Positions 54,325 through 60,898 of a stretch of DNA of 60,898 nucleotides are shown here, one piece after another. The notes beneath the pieces were generated by a model, which did no database searches, was not told the origin of the DNA, and was given only the letters and a program-made list of their open reading frames with translations. This stretch comes from Candidatus Amphrikana amoebophyrae (GTDB lineage: Bacteria > Chlamydiota > Chlamydiia > Chlamydiales > JACRBE01). The stretch is taken from positions 1 to 60,898 of the forward strand of contig JAUHQG010000042.1 in assembly GCA_030408475.1 (NCBI GenBank), given 5' to 3'. The stretch's first letter is position 1. The number at the start of each line of letters is the position of its first letter. Made by a program: the position numbers and the translations under genes.

Positions 54325-56038
54325 GCTGCTTTCCTATATCTTCTGGTGTAAAAAGGGAAATAGTGGGTTTACCACTAGGAGATAGTAGTGGTGAAGAAGT
54401 TTTAAATAACTGCTCCAACAAAGTGTGTAGCTCTCCATCTACTCTTTCTACATTTTTTACAGCCAATTTTGCAATCTCTTTCAGTTTGATCTCTTCAATA
54501 GAGCTAACTTGCAAATAAGGAATAAGATCTATAATCATCCTTTCAATATCATTCTCTTCATAATAAGGAGATATACTTTCAACTACAATACAAGTTAAGC
54601 CAAATAGTCGAACTGAAAGCCCTAAACTTTCAAGTAGTTCTATTTGGCTCTCTATAATTTGAGCCTCTTCTCGACTTAACTCTATAGATATGGGAAATAA
54701 AAGAGCTTGCTTGCTTAAAAATATTTTTTCTCCTTTTAGTGATTTATAAAAAGCATCAAAAGCAATTCGCTTTGAAATGGAAACTCTATCAAAAAACAGT
54801 AATCCTGGCTCAAATTTAAATTGAGAAAAAATTTCATTAAAGGTCTCACTATCGATAAGATCATACTGTTTATATCGACAAAGAGGATCAAGAGACAAAG
54901 AAGGTTTATACTCAAATAGTGTCTCTTCTTGATCTGGCTGTACTCTTTTTGCTACCTGATCAAATGATTGGCTTGGAGCAAACTCTTCTAAATTGGCAAA
55001 ATCAAAAGATGATGCAACACTCTCTTTATCTTGTTTTTGGCAAGAAAGGGCCAATAATACCGCTTTTTTTAAGCTTTGTATTATCTCTTTTTCGTTGGAC
55101 AGACGCACCTCTCTTTTTTGAGGGTGAACATTAACATCAACTACTTGAGGATCAACTTTGAGAAATAAAACAAATATAGGATGATCTTTCGAAAAAATAC
55201 GGGTAGAGTACACTTCTTGCATAACAGCGCTAATCAAGGGAGAAAATACAGAGCGATTATTGATAAATAGATATTGGCCTAAACGGTTAGATCTAGTATC
55301 AGTTGGAACACCAATCACCCCTTTTAACTCAACTAAATGATCTGTATAATCCAATTTATATCCACTTTCTGAATACACTTTTGGCAAAGTGTCAATCAAT
55401 CTACTTTGAAGCGCTTGATAAAAATCTCCTTTATGAGTTGCTACGCTATTTAAAATCTCTTGACCATTTGAAAAAAATCGAAATGAGAGGAAAGGGTTAG
55501 CCAAACTTAATTTGGTTATCACTTTTGTCACTTCAGCGGTAGCAGAGTTAACACTCTTTTGAAATTTTTTCCGAGCAGGAACGTTATAAAAAAGAGCATC
55601 CACTTCAATAGTAGTCCCCTTTTCTCTAGCGCCATCACTCACTTTAATTTGTCCATTAAATGTAATATGAGTGGCCGGAAAATCTGAGCCATCTTTAGTG
55701 GTAAGCGAAAATTTAGAAACTGCGGCAATAGAAGAGAGCGCTTCTCCTCGAAATCCCATCGATGAAATATTAAATAGATCGTCCAGTGAGCGCAACTTTG
55801 AAGTGGCGTGCCTTTCAATAGAAATAAGGGCATCTTGACGACTCATCCCCACTCCATCATCAGCTACTCGAATTTTTTGAAACCCACCTCCAATAATTTC
55901 AATCGTTATAAGAGAACTTTGAGCATCTATAGAGTTTTCAACCAGCTCTTTGACTACGCTAGCAGGATTTTCAATCACTTCTCCGGCTGCAATTTTATCT
56001 ATTAATGAGGATGACAATTTTTTGATGATTCCAGACAT
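54278..56038 (-). CDS. mutL: DNA mismatch repair protein MutL
   Basis: IAAGEVIENPASVVKELVENSIDA, HATSK, GFRGEAL, VDVNVHPQKREV. Confidence 0.96.
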   Translation of the reverse strand: MSGIIKKLSSSLIDKIAAGEVIENPASVVKELVENSIDAQSSLITIEIIGGGFQKIRVADDGVGMSRQDALISIERHATSKLRSLDDLFNISSMGFRGEALSSIAAVSKFSLTTKDGSDFPATHITFNGQIKVSDGAREKGTTIEVDALFYNVPARKKFQKSVNSATAEVTKVITKLSLANPFLSFRFFSNGQEILNSVATHKGDFYQALQSRLIDTLPKVYSESGYKLDYTDHLVELKGVIGVPTDTRSNRLGQYLFINNRSVFSPLISAVMQEVYSTRIFSKDHPIFVLFLKVDPQVVDVNVHPQKREVRLSNEKEIIQSLKKAVLLALSCQKQDKESVASSFDFANLEEFAPSQSFDQVAKRVQPDQEETLFEYKPSLSLDPLCRYKQYDLIDSETFNEIFSQFKFEPGLLFFDRVSISKRIAFDAFYKSLKGEKIFLSKQALLFPISIELSREEAQIIESQIELLESLGLSVRLFGLTCIVVESISPYYEENDIERMIIDLIPYLQVSSIEEIKLKEIAKLAVKNVERVDGELHTLLEQLFKTSSPLLSPSGKPTISLFTPEDIGKQHATIQTQKSSTNAKK

Positions 56039-56102
56039 AACTATTCTTTGCTTTTTATTCTCTTAAGATTACCATGAAATAACAATATATTAAGAGTGAA
56101 AT

Positions 56103-57833
56103 ATGATCGCAAAAGATAGATGGGAGCTAGACTCGTTTTTTAATGAAGAAAAAGCGGACAAAGCATTAAACAAGCTCCAAAACAAGCTTATAAAATTAAA
56201 AAAATCATCCCCTAAAATTGATGAATTAATATTAACGCTTCAAGAGCAAGACAAACTCTATAAAGAGCTCGAGTCATATATTATTTGTCTCATGTCGGAA
56301 AATACAAAAAATAAAGCTGGAACCTCTCTATTTGCTAAATCTATGGATGTCGGTCAACATATCAACGATTGCTTCACTCTTTTGGATAATGAACTAAAAA
56401 AACTTTCTTCAATAACGCCGCTCTTAAAAAATCCAAAATTAAAAGCGTTGAAATTTTTTCTCACTGAAAAAAAAGAGATCGCTTCAAAAAAGCTCTCTCA
56501 AGATAAAGAAGAAATTATCAATGCCCTACAACCCGATGGATTTCACGGTTTGATGACGATGTATGATCATCTTAAAAATCAAATCTCTATTCCCTCATAT
56601 GATACAAAAGAGCCTCTTTCTTATCCCGAAGCGGAGAATTGCCTTTCCAATCCCAATCGTCATGTAAGAAGGCACACCCACCAAGCTTTGACAGAAGCTT
56701 TTGAAAAGCAAGAAGATTTGTTTGGTGAAGTTCTCAATCATATCGCCGGCTTTAGACTCAAAACATATGAATTAAGAGGTTGGAATGATTTCCTAGAAGA
56801 ACCTCTTACACTCAATCGAATCAGCAAACAAACTCTCAACACAATGTTTTCTTCCATTGATAATAAAAAAAAGGGTTTGCTCAAATTTATGGAAGCTAAA
56901 GCTAAATTACTCCACATCGATAAACTAAGCTGGTATGATTTAGAAGCGCCAATAAGTGAGCTCGAACGTAGTTATACCTTTAGTGAAGGGGCGCAACTGA
57001 TTTTAGAAGTATTTGGGAAATATAGTGAAAAATTACAAGATTTTGCCTTGAAGGCTCTTTCATCTAACTGGGTAGAAGCAGAAGAGAGAAAAAACAAAAG
57101 AGCTGGTGGATTTTGCACCTCTTTTCCCCTTTCAAACCAAACGCGTATTTTTATGAACTACAAAGGTACATTTGATAATGTGACAACTCTAGCCCATGAG
57201 TTAGGGCATAGTTTTCATGCTGATGTTACTTTTGATCTTGATTTGTTTAATCAAGATTATCCTATGAACTTAGCTGAAACAGCCTCGACAATGTGCGAAC
57301 AAATGTTACTAGATAGCATGACAACTAATAGCATGAGTAAGAAAGAAAAATTATTGCTTTTTGATAAAAAAGTATCTCGGCATGCGACTTACTTAATGAA
57401 TTTACCAGCCCGCTTTTATTTTGAAACTAGTTTTTATGAAGAGAGAAAAAAAGGATTTGTCGAGCCTTCAAAAATAACTGAGCTTATGGTGTCAGCACAA
57501 AACAAAGCTTTTGATAATGCTCTAGATGAGTTAGCCCCTCAGTTTTGGGCCTCCAAAATGCATTTTTATTTTACTGACTATCCTTTTTATAATTTCCCCT
57601 ATACTTTTGGTTATTTATTTAGCTTAGGAACCTATTTAATATTAATGGATGATCCCAAATCTTTTGAAAAGCGATATATAGATCTGCTTAAAGATACTGG
57701 GAGAATGACTACTGAAGATTTAGCCAAAAAACACTTAGGTGTTGATTTAAAAAAACCTAAATTTTTTGAGAGGGCTCTTGCGCAGGTTCAATCAGATATC
57801 GACACCTATTTACAGCTTGCTAGCTCAGCTTAG
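56103..57833 (+). CDS. Oligoendopeptidase F family (M3B)
   Basis: GGFC, TLAHELGHSFH (HExxH), AETAS, FYNFPYTFG. Confidence 0.92.
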   Translation: MIAKDRWELDSFFNEEKADKALNKLQNKLIKLKKSSPKIDELILTLQEQDKLYKELESYIICLMSENTKNKAGTSLFAKSMDVGQHINDCFTLLDNELKKLSSITPLLKNPKLKALKFFLTEKKEIASKKLSQDKEEIINALQPDGFHGLMTMYDHLKNQISIPSYDTKEPLSYPEAENCLSNPNRHVRRHTHQALTEAFEKQEDLFGEVLNHIAGFRLKTYELRGWNDFLEEPLTLNRISKQTLNTMFSSIDNKKKGLLKFMEAKAKLLHIDKLSWYDLEAPISELERSYTFSEGAQLILEVFGKYSEKLQDFALKALSSNWVEAEERKNKRAGGFCTSFPLSNQTRIFMNYKGTFDNVTTLAHELGHSFHADVTFDLDLFNQDYPMNLAETASTMCEQMLLDSMTTNSMSKKEKLLLFDKKVSRHATYLMNLPARFYFETSFYEERKKGFVEPSKITELMVSAQNKAFDNALDELAPQFWASKMHFYFTDYPFYNFPYTFGYLFSLGTYLILMDDPKSFEKRYIDLLKDTGRMTTEDLAKKHLGVDLKKPKFFERALAQVQSDIDTYLQLASSA

Positions 57834-57867
57834 GAATAAAGCGGCTATAGCCTTTAAATAATCCGAA

Positions 57868-57904
57868 TACAGAGTCGATTCTCCTTTTTATCATCGGCTC
57901 TGTA
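57868..57904. terminator. Hairpin between convergent M3B peptidase and ispG
   Basis: TACAGAGTCGAT..ATCGGCTCTGTA. Confidence 0.55.
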
Positions 57905-57931
57905 GATATGATTTCTCCACTAGATATTTTA

Positions 57932-59602
57932 TCACACCAAAACCAAGTTATCGACCCACATTCCGTGAGCTTTAATAAGGTCTATCAGTTTATCGTCAGC
58001 GTCTTTAAAGTCAATATTTCGCTCTACACATTTTTTGCCTACATAGAGGTCGATTTTTCCCGGCTTGGAGCCAACATAACCAAAGTGAGCATCGGCCATT
58101 TCGCCAGGACCATTCACAATACATCCCATAATAGCTATTTTTACGCCTGGCAAATGAGAAGTTTTTTCTCTAATTCGTGCAGCAACTTCTTGTAAATTAA
58201 ATAGAGTACGACCACAACTTGGACATGAAATAAACTCTGTTTTAACAGATCGTCTTCTAGAGCCCTGCAATATATTAAAGCTTAAGTCTGAAAGGGCATC
58301 AGGTGAAAAGGGGCCCTGTAATAAAAGGCCATCTCCTAGTCCATCGCATAGAAGTGAGCCACAAAGCATAGAAGACTCTATAACAAAATCATCCCAATCC
58401 AAATTACTGTTATTATAATTCAAAATGGCAGGAGTTTTAATCTTGAGCTCATCTAATCTAGCAAAAATTTTCCTAGAAGTTTGAACAAAATTTTGCTTTG
58501 GGGAAACAAATAGAAGATCAGCATCAAATTGATCAAATTGATCATCTTCTAAAGCAACAAAAGAAGATCTCTGTTTTCCAAACAACTTTTGCATTTGAAA
58601 TTCTTTTAATGAAATAGGCTGAGAAGTTAAGTGGAGATCGGCTTTTCCAAGCTCACCCATTAATGCTACGGTTGAATCTCGATGTAGTATGGGATTGTTG
58701 TCCACTTTTCGTCTTAACTTTTCATCCCCTTTTACAACGCTGTTTATTGCATTATGACCTGCTACTTGCCTAATTCGTTTACACGGATCAATTTCAAGCC
58801 AAGGATCTTCGGTAAGAGAAACGCGAATAGTATCTCCTATTCCATCGAGTAAAAGTGAGCCGATTCCAATTGAAGATCTTACCCGTCCATCTTCACCTTC
58901 GCCAGCTTCTGTTACACCTAAATGAAGAGGATAATCAAAACCGAGTTGAGTCATTTTTTCTACCAAAAGGCGATACGCTTGAATCATCACATGAGTGTTA
59001 GAAGCCTTCATAGAAAAAATTAAATCATGAAAATCGTATTTTCTAGCTACTCGAGCATACTCAAGAGCTGACTCAACCATTCCATGAGGAGTATCTCCAA
59101 AACGGTTTAAAATGCGATCTGAAAGTGAGCCGTGATTACAACCTATACGCATCACTTTTTTTTGACTCTTTAACTTTAAAATGAGCGGAGCGAATTTTTC
59201 TTCAATTTTTTCTATCTCTTGAGCATATAAAGCATCTGTGTACTCAATAGTCTTAAAAGTAGCTCTTCGATCGGCAAAGTTGCCTGGATTTATTCGCACC
59301 TTATCAACAAAATCAGCAACGATCAAGGCTGCAGGAGGATAAAAATGAATATCCGCCACAAGAGGGATATCATAACCAAGCTGTAAAAGTCGATTTTTTA
59401 TATGCTCACAAGCAAAAGCTTCTTTTTTCCCTTGAACGGTAATGCGGGCAATTTCAGAGCCATAATCAGCAAGCTGAATAATTTGCGCAACGGTTGATTC
59501 AATATCATCTGTAGGAGAAGTTGTCATAGACTGAATGCGTAGAGGATTATTTCCTCCAACACCCACTTTTCCAACTTTGACTTCACGACTTTTATACATC
59601 AT
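57932..59602 (-). CDS. ispG: HMBPP synthase, long chlamydial/plant-like form
   Basis: IQSMTT, LVADIHF, RINPGN, HLGVTEAG, GIGDTIRVSL, ISCPSCGR, MGCIVNGPGE. Confidence 0.97.
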   Translation of the reverse strand: MMYKSREVKVGKVGVGGNNPLRIQSMTTSPTDDIESTVAQIIQLADYGSEIARITVQGKKEAFACEHIKNRLLQLGYDIPLVADIHFYPPAALIVADFVDKVRINPGNFADRRATFKTIEYTDALYAQEIEKIEEKFAPLILKLKSQKKVMRIGCNHGSLSDRILNRFGDTPHGMVESALEYARVARKYDFHDLIFSMKASNTHVMIQAYRLLVEKMTQLGFDYPLHLGVTEAGEGEDGRVRSSIGIGSLLLDGIGDTIRVSLTEDPWLEIDPCKRIRQVAGHNAINSVVKGDEKLRRKVDNNPILHRDSTVALMGELGKADLHLTSQPISLKEFQMQKLFGKQRSSFVALEDDQFDQFDADLLFVSPKQNFVQTSRKIFARLDELKIKTPAILNYNNSNLDWDDFVIESSMLCGSLLCDGLGDGLLLQGPFSPDALSDLSFNILQGSRRRSVKTEFISCPSCGRTLFNLQEVAARIREKTSHLPGVKIAIMGCIVNGPGEMADAHFGYVGSKPGKIDLYVGKKCVERNIDFKDADDKLIDLIKAHGMWVDNLVLV

Positions 59603-59763
59603 TTAATAATAATACCTTGTAAAGATTATATCAAAGGTTTTTTTTCATCACATTAATATAATAAGAGTTTGAAAATTAAGTTATGACAATTTCATTTATT
59701 TTAATACCGCACATTGATACAAAAAGGTAAAGAAGCTTTTTTAAAACTACGAGTTAATAGAAA

Positions 59764-60600
59764 ATGAAACGTATAGTTTCCCTCCTCCTACTATTTTCAA
59801 TCGCAGCAAGCGGCTGGTGGTTTGATAAAATCCACCCAGAATACCGAACACTTGTTGTAGATTTTTTAAGTCCTGATAATTTCCATACCCTTGAAATCAA
59901 ATACACAGCAGAACAAATCATGGATACCCATACATTTGCCTTGCTTAAATCTGACGAACATAAGTATCTCGATTCTGAAATTAAATATTACCCCTACTTG
60001 TTAATGGAAGTAAAATATGCCCAAGACAAGCTACACACAAATAAAGGGGTTATTTTATGGGATATGATCGATGGTGAAATGGTTGTTAATGAGCAAAATT
60101 GGGAAAAAACATCGGGTTTTGGCGACTGTATCAAAGCGAAAGTGCAAAAGAGTGAATTTAAAATTCTCAACTTGCTAGCTCAAAGAGGTGGCACTATGGA
60201 TAGAGAACATTTATCAAGGCACTTACTCGTTGAAAATGAAATACTCGATAGCTGGATTGAAAGTTGTCGCAAGAAAAAATTAGTTGTTCAAAGTGGCAAT
60301 GATTATAGACTTCACATGAACTCTCCAAAAATGTACGTCACTCCCGAAACAACATTAGATGATAAGTTGGTGACCAAAACATTTCATAAGGGTGGTCGAC
60401 TTTCTAGAAGGTTTTCTCAAAATGAGATCAAAGGCATTGCACAATCTGCTTTTGGAGCTGATTTTGTAATTAACAAATCGACAAAAGTCTATTTACCAGT
60501 CTGCGCAATTACAGTTGAAAATCCAGATGGGTCACTGCATACGAGCTACTGGAATACACTTAATGGAAAAGAGCTCTCATTTTACACTTTGTTTGAATAG
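59764..60600 (+). CDS. Hypothetical membrane-anchored protein
   Basis: 278 aa; N-terminal hydrophobic anchor; central segment resembles a winged helix. Confidence 0.75.
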   Translation: MKRIVSLLLLFSIAASGWWFDKIHPEYRTLVVDFLSPDNFHTLEIKYTAEQIMDTHTFALLKSDEHKYLDSEIKYYPYLLMEVKYAQDKLHTNKGVILWDMIDGEMVVNEQNWEKTSGFGDCIKAKVQKSEFKILNLLAQRGGTMDREHLSRHLLVENEILDSWIESCRKKKLVVQSGNDYRLHMNSPKMYVTPETTLDDKLVTKTFHKGGRLSRRFSQNEIKGIAQSAFGADFVINKSTKVYLPVCAITVENPDGSLHTSYWNTLNGKELSFYTLFE

Positions 60601-60843
60601 AAGGAGCTACTCCTTGTTCGATATAGCCAACAGTCATTATTTTAATTCCTATCCTTTCTAACATAATGCCAGCTCAAATGCAGGGTCTACAAAGGTGGTC
60701 ATTCGATCTCGAGCCCAATTAATTACAAGCCCAATAGCAAATAAGCCACACCCATAATCATTTGTAGTGTCAATGACTGAATGAGCTTGTTTAGAAAATA
60801 GGCTTTTTTAGATGAACATCGTCTTTCCGTGATCTTTCACGAA

Positions 60844-60892
60844 AAAAATAGCAACTTACTGTACCAAACGTACAAGTTTCGTTGCTATTTTT
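60844..60892. repeat. Imperfect inverted repeat at the window edge
   Basis: AAAAATAGCAAC..GTAC-CAAAC-GTAC..GTTGCTATTTTT. Confidence 0.7.
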
Positions 60893-60898
60893 GAGAAA

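Noticed and set aside
57837-57855. TAAAGCGGCTATAGCCTTT as a fifth palindrome-family copy
   Set aside because: Only about 10 nt match and the arms are not those of the family.
770-58195. Short (60-110 aa) ORFs antisense to or nested in conserved genes, e.g. 770-1048, 4583-4855, 8172-8492, 23400-23726, 46234-46542, 57908-58195
   Set aside because: Shadow ORFs overlapping well-supported genes, with no RBS or motif support.
1-60898. CRISPR array, retron, prophage or integron
   Set aside because: No regularly spaced repeats; no cas, reverse transcriptase, integrase or phage genes; the long hairpins lack attC RYYYAAC/GTTRRRY ends.

Overview
AT-rich bacterial chromosome segment, almost certainly from an environmental member of Chlamydiota (inferred from chlamydia-type PBP2, SecA, IspG, McsA/McsB and the gene orders rpsB-tsf-frr, mnmE-nth-psd-secA, lpdA-lipA and mutL-pepP). 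It is mostly housekeeping genes (translation, repair, lipid, LPS, glycogen, MEP pathway) plus three tRNAs (Lys-TTT, Glu-TTC, Gly-TCC). Interspersed are orphan, effector-like membrane proteins, a small surface-polysaccharide gene set (IspD/TarI-SDR fusion, GT90, Wza/Wzc-like, UDP-uronate epimerase), an ABC-2 exporter, pseudopilins split by an OPT transporter, an orphan histidine kinase and a membrane class III adenylate cyclase. The most notable features missing from the ORF track are: (1) a dispersed 21-29 bp palindrome, AATGTAAAGC-G-GCTTTACATT, found four times, once in frame inside a permease gene and once supplying a stop codon; (2) several long imperfect intergenic hairpins, including a 165-nt one with G:T-biased mismatches beside tRNA-Gly; (3) an unannotated 41-aa acidic/aromatic peptide gene with a strong RBS heading the ABC exporter operon; (4) a 366-codon effector-like reading frame broken by a single in-frame TGA; (5) a centrally deleted IS605-type tnpA/tnpB element whose exact ends and TTAG target can be reconstructed at the glgC stop codon; (6) absence of pyrH and ompA from their usual chlamydial positions; (7) several housekeeping genes that look leaderless. 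No database searches were possible, so product calls rest on motifs recognised in the translations.
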